Source: Blastocystis sp. Blastoise
Lineage: Eukaryota > Protista > Bigyra: Opalinata
Reading direction: 5' to 3'
DNA length: 64,000 nt
Assembly: GCA_039096225.1 (NCBI GenBank)
Contig: JBBPEB010000019.1
Location: 62,001-126,000, forward strand
Shown: positions 13,455 to 37,453 of the stretch, piece by piece
Layout: each line of letters opens with the position of its first letter
How positions within the stretch are numbered: position 1 is the first letter of the stretch
Made by a program: the position numbers and the translations under genes
The notes under the pieces: generated by a model
The model's database searches: none
Told to the model about the DNA's origin: nothing
Seen by the model: the letters and a program-made list of their open reading frames with translations, nothing else

Positions 13455-14728
13455 TTTATATTAATATATAGGCTACTATCTTATATATTGGTAACGGTAG
13501 TAGATATCGTATATATATCCCTCAAGAGAATTGCGAATGTGTATTTATCCTTGAAGGCATCAAATCCCCCGCGGTTAAGACTGGAAAGGCTCAATCTGAA
13601 GCTTGTGCTGAAGCTGCTTTGGCTTTTGCTCGTTATCATTTCATGCAACGTGAAGTGACTATAGAAGTTGATACTCAGGATAAAGCTGGTAATATTATTG
13701 GTTATATGTATATAGAAGAAGAGAACAACAATAAGGATATTGCTACTTTTATGCTTAAGAATGGTTATGCTAGTATTCAGGAGATGAGTATAGATCGTTG
13801 TCGTGATGCCTCTATATATAAAGCTGCCGAAGAAGAAGCAAAGAAGATGAAGAAGGGAATCTGGAAGAACTATGTAGAAGTAGTATGAATATATATTATA
13901 TATAATATATATTATATTATTATTATTATATTATTATTATTATATATTATTATATATATTATTATTATTATATATTATTATTATATATTATTATATATAT
14001 TATTATAGGTGAAGAAGGTAGAAGAAGTAAAAGAAGAAGTCTATATGGGTGAAGTTTGTAATATAGAGGGTAATACTATATATATACAAACCGATAGAGA
14101 CTTAGAGAGATTAGATCAAATTGAAGCGGAACTCGAAAACTATAATAAGAATCATATATTAGCTATGAATATTAAGAGAAATGGTATTTATGTTGCTTAT
14201 AGTCAAGATAATAAGTTATATGCCAGAATTCGTATTGAAGAGACTGTAAAAGATAGTTCGATATTAAAATATAAAGTTGTTTATATTGATTATGGATTCA
14301 AGGATACTATTAATAATAACGTTATCTATGAATATACAAACTCTCTTAATATCCCTCCTCTTGCTCGTGCATCTCGTTTTGCCTTCTTAACTCTTCCCTC
14401 TCCTTCCTTCTCTCTTTATAATGATATATATAATGACTATTTAGATCTTATGGATGAAGCTACTTATCAAAAGAAACTTCAAATACATGTATTGGGTCGT
14501 GATAGTGAGAATCGTTTATTGATTATTCTGAGTGATCCTGCTGATAAGAAGAAACAGAGTATTAATAATAAAGTCGCTAGAGATGGCCTTGTTGTCTTAG
14601 ATAAGAAGAACAAACTTAATACTTATCCTGCTATTTTATCGGAATATGTCGCTGCCCTAGATGCTGCTAAAAAGGATCGTTGCGGAGTTTTCACTTATGG
14701 AGATTATGATGATGATGATGAAGAATAA
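11283..14728 (+). CDS. SND1: Tudor staphylococcal nuclease (Tudor-SN/p100), ~8 exons
   Basis: MQGYGTVKSVISGDTIVL, EEPFGWESREYLRK, EQVRDGST, EAKAFTEARLLNR, LSSIRAPK and Tudor VVYIDYG. The C-terminal ...YGDYDDDDEE completes the SN1-4/Tudor/SN5 layout. Confidence 0.93.
12059..12195 (+). repeat. Intronic (TTATATGA)n 8-mer tandem repeat in Tudor-SN; a 12-mer (TATATACATATT)n lies in the next intron, ~12327-12395
   Basis: Directly visible in the sequence. Confidence 0.85.
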
Positions 14729-15700
14729 AATTAGAATTATATATACTATCCTAAATGTAATGAAATACATTTATTTTATTTGATGTAATTATATATTATT
14801 CAATCGATTTTAAGGGGATATATCGTTGGTATTCTATTCTTGTTTTGTTTATTCTATATATTCAATAATTATATAATTTATATATATATATATATTGTTG
14901 ATTAAAAGTAAATTAAAAAACAAATTATATTTTTGACAAATCTGCTAACTATGTCAATGCTCATGACTATATACTATTTATAATTTTGAGAATTAAAAAA
15001 AGAAATATTATTTAATTTAAAAACTCTTAAAGCATTATGTAGCATTAAAAAACCTATTTATAGGTTGATGAAACGATTATTTTAATCTTGACTTTCTTAT
15101 TATTGTGTGTATTATATATGACAAGAAGGCATGAAGAACATGAATAAAATAATATTTGATTTGTTTATGAAAACAATATCTGTGACATTTTTTTTATTAA
15201 AGAAATCTAGAAGACATCTCGTTTTATATAACAATTATATTTATCATATATATTTGAAAAAAAAACAAAAACACATCCATTTTAATCACTATTTTTAATA
15301 TTGATAATTAATTATTTTGTAAAACATATTTTAGAATAAAGTAAACTATATATAACAGACAATCAACTTTTAATTATGATTGCCAAACAACAATTCATTC
15401 TCTAAGATTACTTCTTTTGACACTACAGCAAATCTATCATATTACTATCAATACCTATACGTTCTTTCACAATTTTCCAATAATACAAGTTGAAACTATA
15501 TAATAAAATATAATTCTTTATTCCCAAAGAAATTTCCTTCATGTCTTTGAATTGTGTGTCTATTCTTTTGTTTTGTTGAAGTTATTTCAAAAGTCTTTTT
15601 TTAGCTTGTTTTGTATATATCTTTTAGATACTAGTGTATTTGATAATAATCTTGCGATAATATTATCTCTAAGCTATATATAAATAACAATAAAGAAAAA

Positions 15701-20371
<4,671 letters not shown>

Positions 20372-20737
20372 TGATTATGAAATGAATGATACAATCATTC
20401 TAGTCTTATAAAATTAATTTTATTATTTTATTATATTTTAATGGTTTGCTATTTTTTTCATATGATATCTTGTGATCTTCTATTTCTTTATTTCCATTTC
20501 ATTATTTATGCATTGCTTAAACAGATATCGTTGAAACAAAATACATTAATATTCTATTGTTTTTGATAAGTAAACTAGAAATTATGGATGATTCTTAGTT
20601 ATCATAAAATAAATCAACATTTAAATATAATAAAAGTTTCTGTAAAACTAATTTTGATATAACAATAAATAAAGGTTAACAAATGCATACATTAATAAAT
20701 AAATACAAATAAAAAATATTCATATATATTAAACAAC

Positions 20738-22261
20738 CTATTCTCTTCCCCATACTTCATAATCTTCAATTAAAAAGTTATTTTGTTTATCATTATTATT
20801 TGTATTTACAAATAAAGAGTTTTTTTGAGGAGTATCAATAGTAGTAAAAGATCCAAAATTATTCCATGAGTTTTTATCAGTAGTATGACAATCACCACGT
20901 ATAGCAATATCAGTACCCCCTCCAAATAAAGGACCCCAAGAAGAATTACAACATATACCTCTTCCTCTTCCTTTACCAAGATGTTCATATTTTGTAGGAG
21001 GAATACCATGTTCATTACTTAATGTAAATATAAATGTTTTAGAAGGATCTTTATCTTTATTTGAACTATCCCAACTTTGATCTGTATATCCTCCAAATAT
21101 ATTCACATGATTATTATGACCTATATGTTTAACTAGAGTTACTGTTTCTCCTTTATTATCACAGTATTTATGGAATTCGTCTTTTGAATAATTATGTTCA
21201 CTTGCTCTATATAATAATTTCCATTTCTTTTCTTTGCCTAACCAATTTACTAAGGGAGTTTCAAAGCATTTCTTTTCAATTATAGTTGAATTCATAAATA
21301 CAGTTCTTATTTTCATCATTACCTCTTTAACTGCTTCTTTTCCTTCATCACCAAATAATTCAACCATTTCTTTTTCTAATAGTTCTTTATTAATATCATC
21401 AATTTTATCTTCTTCTATATATATATATCTATTATTCACATATTCAGTAATATATTCAATATATTTGTATTCCTTATTCATATATAAACTTTCATCAATA
21501 GGATTATAATCAATAAATCCATTATCATAGTTCATAACATAATTATTCCATAAGTCGTTCTTTATTAAAAACTCTTTAATAATATCATTCTTGTTTCCAT
21601 TTATAATTAAAGAAACTTCATCTCGTTTCTTATATTTCTTCATATTTCGATCTCTTCTTTCTCTACACGCAATCAAATCTATAGGAATCACTAAACCACA
21701 AAATTCAAATAAATTCAATAGTTCTAATTGTTCCTCATAAGAAAAAGTATCAAAATCTACTTTCTTTCCATTCAAATAATCTAATAAATAGTAAATAAAA
21801 GCATCATTACCTCTATAATCAAGAAATGCAGCTCCATCATTAGTTCTTTTATCTTCATTACGTTGTTCTTCAATAAAAGAGCCTTCCAACGAATCTAAAA
21901 CAGATTTCGATATTTGAAAAATAGGACCATTACTTGTAAATCGTATCAAATCCATATCATCATCATCATCATCATCATCATCATCGTCATCATCATTATC
22001 CATATTGAAATCAGATTCATGAATATAAGAATCATTTTGAAGAATTTCTTGTTTCTCATCTTCATTTTTACTATTGATTCCTTCATTATTTCTAGTTAAT
22101 TGTTTGATTAATTCATTGATGAATTCACCAGAGTAATTACAGAAACTAATTGACTTACTGAAAAGACCAATCAAATCAACAACTAGTTGTTCAAAGTGAA
22201 TTATATTCTTCTGAATATCACCATTCTTATTATTATCGTATTCTACCTTTTCTTTTACCAT
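20738..22261 (-). CDS. BTB-like plus TLDc domain protein, intronless
   Basis: WKLLYRASEHNYSKDEFHKYCDNKGETVTLVK, IFGGYT, FIFTL, GPLFGGG and IEDYEVW are TLDc motifs. ATG at 22261 (MVKEK) matches the paralogs. Confidence 0.88.
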   Translation of the reverse strand: MVKEKVEYDNNKNGDIQKNIIHFEQLVVDLIGLFSKSISFCNYSGEFINELIKQLTRNNEGINSKNEDEKQEILQNDSYIHESDFNMDNDDDDDDDDDDDDDMDLIRFTSNGPIFQISKSVLDSLEGSFIEEQRNEDKRTNDGAAFLDYRGNDAFIYYLLDYLNGKKVDFDTFSYEEQLELLNLFEFCGLVIPIDLIACRERRDRNMKKYKKRDEVSLIINGNKNDIIKEFLIKNDLWNNYVMNYDNGFIDYNPIDESLYMNKEYKYIEYITEYVNNRYIYIEEDKIDDINKELLEKEMVELFGDEGKEAVKEVMMKIRTVFMNSTIIEKKCFETPLVNWLGKEKKWKLLYRASEHNYSKDEFHKYCDNKGETVTLVKHIGHNNHVNIFGGYTDQSWDSSNKDKDPSKTFIFTLSNEHGIPPTKYEHLGKGRGRGICCNSSWGPLFGGGTDIAIRGDCHTTDKNSWNNFGSFTTIDTPQKNSLFVNTNNNDKQNNFLIEDYEVWGRE

Positions 22262-23342
22262 TTTCAAATAAGTAAAAAATATGAAAATAAAATAAAAATG
22301 TCAAAAAAATGAAATCTAAACAATTGAGGAGAATTCAATTTGATTTCCCTTTGATTCTTTGAACCAATAATATATGGATTTCTTCTTTACGTAAGAATTG
22401 TCATCGACTACAATAGTCCTCGTCAAGAATCTCAATAGAAATAGAATAAATAGTATTTTTATGATGAAATCTCATCTTTTGAAAGTACTAGGTTTAACAG
22501 GAATGAATAAACTGAATGTTTTGAAGGATTTGAAGGTTTGAAAATATTGTTTTTCTTTTGTTTATATATTATGAATCTTATTTATTGTAATGAATTATTA
22601 AGTAATAATTATTTAAAAAAAAAATTTGTGAAAAATAGAATTGTTCTTTTTTTGTTTATAAAAGTCACCTTTTTATTCTAATCATTCATTATCTCGATTC
22701 TTTCATTGATATTATTCAAGATAGTATTGCTTATTATTTGTAAATATTCCTATGAAAGAAAATATTATGAAAAAGAAATTATGTTTGATTAAAACATTGT
22801 TTATTATATATTTATTACATTCATAATGTATTCTATAGATGTTTGAAATGAAAATAATCTAAAGAATAATATATATAATTCTTGATCGAATTATCATTAC
22901 TTATATTTAATGATTATAAAGATTTCTTAATTATATAAATTGATATTCTAAAAAGTATTCTATATTAATTTCAATGAAATAGTTGAATATATGTTAAAAA
23001 ACCAATTTTAATGGTTTCAAATAACATGAATTACTTATTTATAAATATTATATTCACATATTTATTCATAATACAATGATTCTTTCATATATAAGAATAC
23101 CAATTTCAAAAAAAAATTCATTTCTTTCTTTGATTAAATCATATTCAATTCACTATTCTTCTTTATAAATCATTCTATCCAAGAATACTCACATTTTAAT
23201 CAAATTAACATTCCTAAATCATTTTAATCAAAATATCAAAAATACCAAGAAAAATCTCTTCTTCATACTTGATTTTTCATTATTTCGATAGTTATAGATT
23301 GAGTTACTGAAAGTTACTTTGTTTTTTAAATTAATAAAGGAA

Positions 23343-25612
23343 ATGGTTAAAGAAGGAGTTCTACTTGATCTTGATTCTTTCAAGCAACTAAAGGATATTG
23401 CTTCTGGATTTGATGAATTGATGAAGAAAGTTGTTGATGGATTCACATCTATAGTATCTGAAACTTTATACACTGGAAAAGCATTCCATGATGTTCTGAA
23501 GAATCTAAATAATAATAATAATGAAAATGAAGAAGATAAGAATTTGAATTACAAACAATTTCAAAATGAAAAGAACAATAATGTGAATGAAGCTATGAAT
23601 ATGAGTCAAAGATATTATAATCATGCTGAAGATACTGATTTGATTCGTTTTTCTAGTGATGGTCCTGTGTTTTCTATATCTAAAAGCATTCTCAATTCAA
23701 TTCAATATTCTTATATATATGAACAATCTGAAGAAGAAATGAGAACTAAAGATGGAACTATATTTCTTGATTATCGAGGAAACGATATTTATGTATATTA
23801 TTTATTAGATTATTTGAATGGAAACGAAATTGATTATAGTGTTTTTGATATAAAAGACAAATTGGAATTACTTCATTTATATGAATTTTGTAATATAATA
23901 ATTCCTGTAGAATTAGTTGGTTGTCGTGAACAAAGAGATGATAATAAAAGGAAGTATAAAGAAGGTGATGAAGTTTCTCTTTTTATTAATGGAAAGAAAG
24001 AAGATGTTATAAAACAATATTTAATTAAGAATGAGATATGGAATTCTTTTGTAATGAAGTATAATGATGGATTCGTTGATTATAATTTTATTGATAATTC
24101 TTTCTCTATGAGTTTGAAATGTGATACTATAAAATATATTACTCAATATGCTGAACATGAATTTTGTTATATAGTAGAAACAGTTAATAATGATTTGAAT
24201 ATTAATTTATTGAAAAAAGAAATGTATACTCTATTTGGTGATAAAGGAAGGCAATGTATTATAGATATGATGAAAAGACCTACTGTATTTCAAGAATCAA
24301 AGATTATTAATAAGAAATGTTTTGAGACTTCATTAGTGAATTGGCTTGGTAAAGAAAAGAAATGGAAATTATTATTTAGGTATATTATTATTATTTATTA
24401 TCTATGTTTATAGAGCAAGTGACCATAATTTTAAAGCAAGTGAATTCCATAAATATTGTGATACTAAATGTCCTACTGTTACTATAATTAAACATATAGG
24501 TCATGATGATAAGATTAATATATTTGGAGGATATACTACTCAATATTGGGAATCTAGAACTGATGATTGTATATATATATTATTGTTATTTAATAATATA
24601 ATACAATATAGGTTGGAAATATGACAGTGGGTCTTTCTTATTTACATTAAGTAATGAGCATGATATTCCTCCTACTAAATATGATATACTTGATCCTTTT
24701 AATGCATTATATTGTGATAAGAATAGTGGCCCTTGTTTTCTAGATATAAGTATTGAAGAGGATTGTCATAATAACAACGATAGTTATGTTAATGGTAAGA
24801 CTGGTGTATATTCTCATAGTCTTACTCCTCAATTCCGATCTTTATTTGTGAATACAGCTGGATTACAAGATAAAAATAATTTTATTGTTGATGAATATGA
24901 AGTCTATGAATTAATACCAAATCCTGATTTATATTTACCCAATTCAATTCTTATTAATGAAGAAATGGGTATTGAGTTAAGTAAATGGTTTGAAGGGAAT
25001 AAAGAATGGAGATTATTATATAGGTAAATTCTATTATTTTTTATAGTATTATATATATAGATGTTCTGATGAGAAGAGAAGTATAAAGAAATGGCATGAG
25101 AAATGTGATGATAAAGAATCATTAGTAATTATACAAGGAAAAGACAAAGATGGTCAATCGTATATATTTGGAGGATATTCTAGTGTTGGTTGGGGGAAGA
25201 ATCATAATGATATGGAAAATCCACTTAGAAGTATTTATATTAAATAAATAAACAAATATTTATATATATAGGAGGTATGGGATATAGAGTAGATTCAAAA
25301 GCCTTTTTATTTTCATTAACAAATCCACATGGACATAATTATACGAAATTAAATATTAATCCTAAATATATAAATAGTGCATTAGTAAGTAATGATTCAT
25401 CATTTGAACTTACTTTTTGTTATGGTATATATTTATGTACTCAAATTGATAAAGATCGATTTACAAATGGTAGTAATGAATTTTTATATAATGAAGATCC
25501 CGTATATATCTCTCCTTATCCTGAATTAGGAAATAGTTTCTTTGTTAATACTAATAAACCTGGTGAAAACAATGAATTTGATTTAATTGATTTTGAAGTA
25601 TTTACGAGTTAG
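23343..25612 (+). CDS. BTB-like plus two TLDc domains, 4 introns
   Basis: First TLDc: WKLLFR|ASDH...IFGGYT...VDEYEVY. Second TLDc: WRLLYR|CSDE...IFGGYS...AFLFSL...IDFEVF. Confidence 0.85.
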
Positions 25613-26202
25613 TCATAAAAAATAAATATCAAAAGCATTTATCTTCTTTTTAAATCTTATTTTATTATTTGTTCTCTTAAATCTTTTTATTCATATTAAC
25701 GTATATGTCATTAATAGAATTTATATGTATACATATACAGTTCATATATATATTTTCTTTATTATATACTATATATATTTATATCTACTTTTTTATTAAT
25801 TATTTTTAATACTATTCTTATTAAAATATATTTTTTCTTTTAGAATTATTAACCTCACAATGTATAACTTTTTTTGTTATGATAATTATTTATTATATAA
25901 TATACTATTCATTCACATTAAAAAGGCATGAATTATAAATAGGATCCAACAATAAGGACATGAATATATTAAAATATTATATTATATAAATTAACAAAAA
26001 TGTTTAGATATTATTTCTATGATACCAATGATATGTAGATTCTATTATATATTTCACAATTACTAAACATATAAGAAACACAAACAAATAAAATTGATAA
26101 TACAAAAATAGTAATAAGTAATAATACAAATATAAAAAAAGAAATATATATTTTCTTAGTATCTCAAATAGATTCATTCATATAATAGAATATACATATA
26201 TA

Positions 26203-27791
26203 TTACGCTCTTCCCCAGACTTCATAATCTTCAACTTTAAAGTAATTATATTCATTTGGACCAGCAGTATTAACAAATAAGGATGACCTTTGAGGAGTAT
26301 TTATCCATGTGAAAGAAGAAGCATTTGTATATGTATATACATTGTCAGTATCACATTTATCAACTAATGAAATATCAAAGCCACTTCCAAATACAGGACC
26401 CCATAAAGAAGAACATAAAATACCACTACCATTACCATTATGTAGATAGTGAGTAGGAGGAATACCATGTTCATTACTTAAAGTGAATAGAAATTCTTTA
26501 GAAGCAGGTTTATTACCTATAGAGAAGAATATGAAATAAATATTGATATATATATAAATAATATACATACCACTATTACTATCCCAATTTTGATCTGTAT
26601 ATCCTCCAAATATATTAATATGATTATAATTTCCTTTATGTTTAATTATAGTCACTGTTTCTCCTTTATAATCACAATATTTATGGAATTGGCTTGCTTT
26701 ATATTCATGTTTACTTGCTCTATAAACATAGATAATAATATATAATAATAACATATATACGTAAATAATAATTTCCATCTCTTTTCTTTACCAAGCCATT
26801 TCATTAAGGGAGTTTCAAAACATCTCTTTTCAATTATTCTTGAATTTGTAAATACAGTTGGGTTTCCCATCATTTCTTCTGTCACAGCTTCTCTTCCTTT
26901 ATCACCAAATAATTCAAACATTTCTTTATCTAATAATTCTTTATCAATACTAATTATTTTTTCTTCTTCTATATCTATATATCCATTATTTACATATTGA
27001 TTAATATATTCAATATATTCATATTTCTTATTCACATAAAAATTATCTTCTATGGGATTATAATGAATAAATCCCTTATCATAATGTATAACATATTCAT
27101 TCCATAATCCATTCTTTATCAAATACTTTTTAATAGTATCATTCTTATTTCCATTAATAATCAATTTTATTTCATCTCCTTCTTCATATTTCTTTTTCTT
27201 TGTATCTCTTCTTGCTCTACAATCTATTAATTCTAAAGGAATAGGTAAACCACAATATTCAAATAAATCTAATATTTTTAATTGTTCTTCATAAGAAAAA
27301 GAATCAAAATCTACTTTCTTTCCATTCAAATAATTAACTAAATAATAAACAGCGGCATCATTTCCAGGATAATCAAGATATATAGATCCATCATTTGTCC
27401 TAAGTTCTTCACTACATTGTTCTTCAATAAAAGAACCTTTCAAAGAATCTAAAACAGATTTTGATATTTGAAATATAGGACCATTATTGGTAAATCTAAT
27501 GGAATCCATATTATCATCACATTTATCATCCATATTGACATTCATATCTTCATTATTCTTATCTTCATAAGCAGATTTCATTTCAAATCCATTTTTTCCG
27601 CTTTTATTATTAATATAGCCATCTCCAATATGTTTTATAAGTCTATTAATCGACATTCCAGAATGAATACCAAGATTCATTACTGATCCAAATACACTAA
27701 CAACATCTTTCATCAATTCTTCATATACATTGATATCCTCCTTCAATCTATTGAATTTACCAATATCAAATAACGCCTTTTCTTTCACCAT
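26203..27791 (-). CDS. BTB-like plus TLDc domain protein, 2 introns (26720-26760, 26517-26570)
   Basis: Close paralog of 20738-22261 (IRFTNNGPIFQISKSVLDSL, GPVFGSG, VEDYEVWGR). Confidence 0.88.
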
Positions 27792-27998
27792 TATTTCAAT
27801 AAAGCTAAATCTTAAAAAAAAAATAAAATAATTTCTTCTCATAAAAATTTATCGAATCACAGTGATTTACTATTGTTTTCCCACATAAATTCAATCATAT
27901 TTTCAAACTTGTTTAATAATAAATTGAAACAGAAGAATAAATGAATTAAATTATAACCCAATTTAAATTATTCACATATTACCTTTAAACACATTTAA

Positions 27999-29316
27999 AT
28001 GTCAGAAATAGCTGATCATGTTCTCCCAAATCAAGAGAAAAGAAATAATGAAACGTTTGAAAATATTGAAAAACGTCAACCAACACAAATAAATTTCATA
28101 TTTCAAGATGAATCAAAAATAAGTATTCCATTGTCAATTGTGAAGAATTATCCAGAATCCATTTTATCTCTAACTTATCAGAGTCAGAATAATTATCTAG
28201 AAGAGGAAAGAGTCTATTATGTTGATTCTCCATCTCTATCTCTCGCTAAAGTGATTGAGTATCTCGATAATTCTCTTGATCTTGATTCTATTCCTTTAAA
28301 TGAAATAATAGATATATATAAAACATTGAAATATTTCTTTCGATATGAATCCATTGAAAAACAACTAAAAATTGAAGACTTTCTCGTGAATTCGTTTCAA
28401 GTATTTCTTAAAGAGAACAATTGTGAAATGTATTTATCTTAAAATATATTCTTCTAAAGTATTATAAAGTCCTTATGATTTTAAGAATGAAAATTATGAA
28501 TATCTCTATGATTATACTCAAAAACGTGAATTCTATATAGATGGTATGATTATTATTTGATTCATTTTTTATTTATCTATATAGGTCTTTTATCTGAAGA
28601 AAGGAATATTATATTTCAGCAATACTCATCTTTATTTGAATTCTTTAATTTCGTGAAAGTTACTATTAATTGTATATTATTTATAATAATATATATAATA
28701 ATAATTCTCATATCTATAGTTGATTTTTCTGAGGATATTCCTTATGAATCTATATATCCTTCTAATTTACATTCTATCTTTCCTAAATTAGAAACATATA
28801 CAATTCAAGGTATATATATATATATATGAAATCATTTATTTATATGTATGATTATAGTATATTATTATCCTCAAGTTCAATATATACGTATAACACCATC
28901 ATCATTCCATTATTCCTATTTCTATCAAGAATATATATTATTATATTATAAAGAGAATCTCCTAGATATATATAAACAATATATGGAAAAACACCCTGAA
29001 ATAAGTAGCTATCGATTTAATAAAGAAAGTATACGTTTGTCACCATCGAATAATCATGGGAATACAAATAAAAAAGAAGAAGAAGAGAAATACAAGGAGA
29101 TTATACATATTAATATAGTTGAAGACTTAACGAATACACAGAAAGAAAGGCCAGATTTATATATCCAGTCACTTTCTGATTATTCCCGTGAATATAATGA
29201 AGAACAAATGAAGTTACAAAAAACAAATGATACAATAAAAGAGAATCATAAACTTGTATCCTTTCAATTCTCTTATATAGATGAAAATGAAGGTATATTT
29301 CAATTTATTTATTTTG

Positions 29317-29348
<32 letters not shown>

Positions 29349-32165
29349 GTACGAGATAGAACACATCCAATATTTCGGTATAAATATGTTTATACATCTA
29401 TTCTATATCTATTATTATTATATTTATTATATATTATGTGTAATATATATATATATATATAAACATTTGTATATATATAGACCATCTAATAAATATAAGA
29501 ATGATGATATTCTTGCATATATATTAAAACTACCTGTTTGTAAACAATTAAAAAGCATAAATAATCTCAGTATATTATCTTTCTACTATATTTATATATA
29601 TAGTTTATCCTGGATATCAGTTTCAATTGAATATACCTCCGCTATTAAAGGCATTAAGAGATAAAATATTTGATTCTATACAAATATTTAATATTCTTAG
29701 TTGTATAGTTCTATATATATTTATTATTATTATTATTATATATAGATATTCATGATGAATCTTACTCTGAATATAAACAGTTATTTATAGATATAATTAC
29801 AAGTCATATATTTCCTAATGTTACTACTCTTATAATTGATGGTATATTCTTTTTTTATATTGTTAAATACATATATATAATTCTTTAAATTTAATAATGT
29901 TATTATTTTATATTAAAAACAAATATTAAATACTTTTCGTATGAATAAATATATAAATATATAAATATATAAATATATATATCATGAATAGATACCTATT
30001 CAAGATCAACTCTAAAGTTATATGCAGATATGCTTCCTTTAATAACAGAAGAACACTTTCCTTCTTTACATATATATGATATACATTCCTTCATTAGATT
30101 TTTATATAATAATTATACAGATGACATGGATTTTATTGATTTTTTATTTCCTATTTCTCTACTTAGTATTGTTGATATTATACTTCTTGAAGACAAAAAT
30201 GAAAGTTTATCGTTTATTCTGAATGAAGAATCCGTTAACAATATTATTCATGCAAATAAAAAACCATCTTTTTGTATTCAATGTATTTATATACTCTATG
30301 GATCTCTTTATTTTATCTTATATATACATATTTAATATATATAGCGAATATGCTTATTAGTTATCATGATAAAATAGCAAAACAATTATATGATCTTGGT
30401 TTATTAAATATTAATACTATTATTCTAGATTGTATATGATAATAATAATAAAAATAATAATGATGATGATTATTATTATATAGTTGATTATATGTCTTCT
30501 TGTTTTACACATAATTCTCAATATAAGTTAAGTAAATATCCATTCAAATATCTTACTGTTGGTATATATATATAATAAATATAATAATAATAATACCTAT
30601 TTTTAGAAATGAATGAATGTATTGATGAATATGAAGACGATCTTCTATATATATTTAAAAATATGAATTATACATTAATAAAAGAAATTCAAATTAGTAG
30701 TATATATATATATATTATTATTATTCTCCTCTATATTTGAATTTATATATATATAATTCATTTTATATTTATAGTAACACAGTCTCAATTTAATTCTATT
30801 TCGCTTATTAATAAATATTTCTTAATATATTGTAACTCAAACTATGAAACTGTGAATTCCTTAATGATTACTTGTATATACTATTCTTTGTCTATACATG
30901 ATTCTATTATTATATATGATAGATGAAGATAACGATGGAATTCCGATAGAAAGTACAAATCAAAGTGAATTCTCAGATGATGTACTTACTCTGTACTATC
31001 ATTTCTTCTCCTTATTCTCTACAAATATTCAAATATTAAATATATCAGGTATATAATAATTACTTATTATTTTCATGTTTAAAACTTTAAAATAAATATC
31101 AATAAATCAATCAATATATTTATAATTCTTATAGTTCCTTTAATGTCGACATATTTACTTGAGAATTATCATTTATTTATATTATGGACTAATATTCAAA
31201 CATTAACACTTTCATTCTGTATTTCTTATGTAATAATAATCCTATATATTATGACTAATATATATATATAGGCAATAATCCATTAAACAATATTCTCAAT
31301 TATATATTTACTATTTTCAAGAATCAAAAACTATCAAGAATTCAATCATTAACCATAAATACATATTGTAAATATATTTAGTAATAAAATATACTCTATA
31401 TATAGATAAAACATTCACGGATATATCTCCTATTTATGTATTTATTGAAAGTTTTAAAGATACTAGTTATATTAAACTTCAGGACTTCCATGAATTTCAT
31501 ATAAATATTAATGGAAAATGTATATTTCTATATATTGTATATTATATATTAATTGAAATTTATTTTATATATAAATATATATAGCTTTTCCTACCGGTAT
31601 GTTTTCATTATTTATTGTGATCGATGTACTCTAAATATATAGAATTTAAGTATATATATTCTTTTTTTTATAGAGTGTATGAGAGAGAAGCAATTCGATA
31701 TTTTGGAATCATTTCCTTCTTTTGATTTCTATATACATAAACATATAAATAGAATTATTATGTCAAAAGTATTAGCTTTTCATAAAGTGTTTTCTGTGAT
31801 ATATTGTGATTATATATATAAACAACTCACAATGGACTATGCAAGTAATATCAATTATTTAGAATTATGTATATGCTATTTAATTATATATCTAATTTAT
31901 TGTTTATTTTTTTGTTATAGATGTAAATAATAATGATTATTTGAATAACATTGTAGATTTAATTGTAAAGAATCATTTCACATTCTTAAGAAAACTGAAA
32001 GTTGTATATAAAAGTATATATATATCTAGGATTCAATACTATCATTGTGAATAATATATGAAATCATATATGTATTATATAGCAATTGATTACCCTGAAT
32101 TACAATGGAATAAATTAGATGAGTATAAAAAAACATTTAATTTTGAATTCAATTTTTATAGTTAA
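27999..32165 (+). CDS. BTB/POZ-like plus LRR-like protein, many introns; paralog of 15701-20371
   Basis: IVKNYPESIL...YYVDSPSLSL, YPSNLHSIFP, PDLYIQSLSDYS, FPNVTTL, FPSLHIYDI and YCDYIYKQLTM are all shared with the 15.7-kb gene. Confidence 0.7.
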
Positions 32166-32671
32166 ATAGAAAAATATTAAATATTATGATCATATTATGA
32201 AATCTATTAAAATGTATTTATGAACAATACTATATATTAGTGTATTTAAATTGAGTTTTTATTTATTTATATAGTATGATGCTTTATCTTTTTATATGAT
32301 TTAGGATATATGCATTAAATATTGTTTTTATTCTTTAGATATATATATATAATAAAAGAACATAGTTGATAATCATCATAAATAGAAAAGCAAATAAGAA
32401 TAGCATATTACTAATATAATAAAACGAAATAATTTTTTTTTTTTCAGCTTTCATATTAAGAACGATAAAACAAATAAAACAAAACAACATGTCAATAAGA
32501 ATACACTTGAAGAATAGAATACAAAGAAAAAGGAAAAGAAAAACAAAAAAGAATAAAAAACAACAAAACAATATGGATCATATAATAAATTGTTATATAT
32601 GAATTTAGATAATATAAATAGATATAGAAATAACAATAATAATAGATTCGATGAATCTATTACATCAAGTT

Positions 32672-37453
<4,782 letters not shown>

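Noticed and set aside
31642-31648. 7-nt micro-exon AATTTAA (and a 2-nt AG|AT|GT candidate near 19775)
   Set aside because: Inclusion would break the reading frame, while skipping keeps it.
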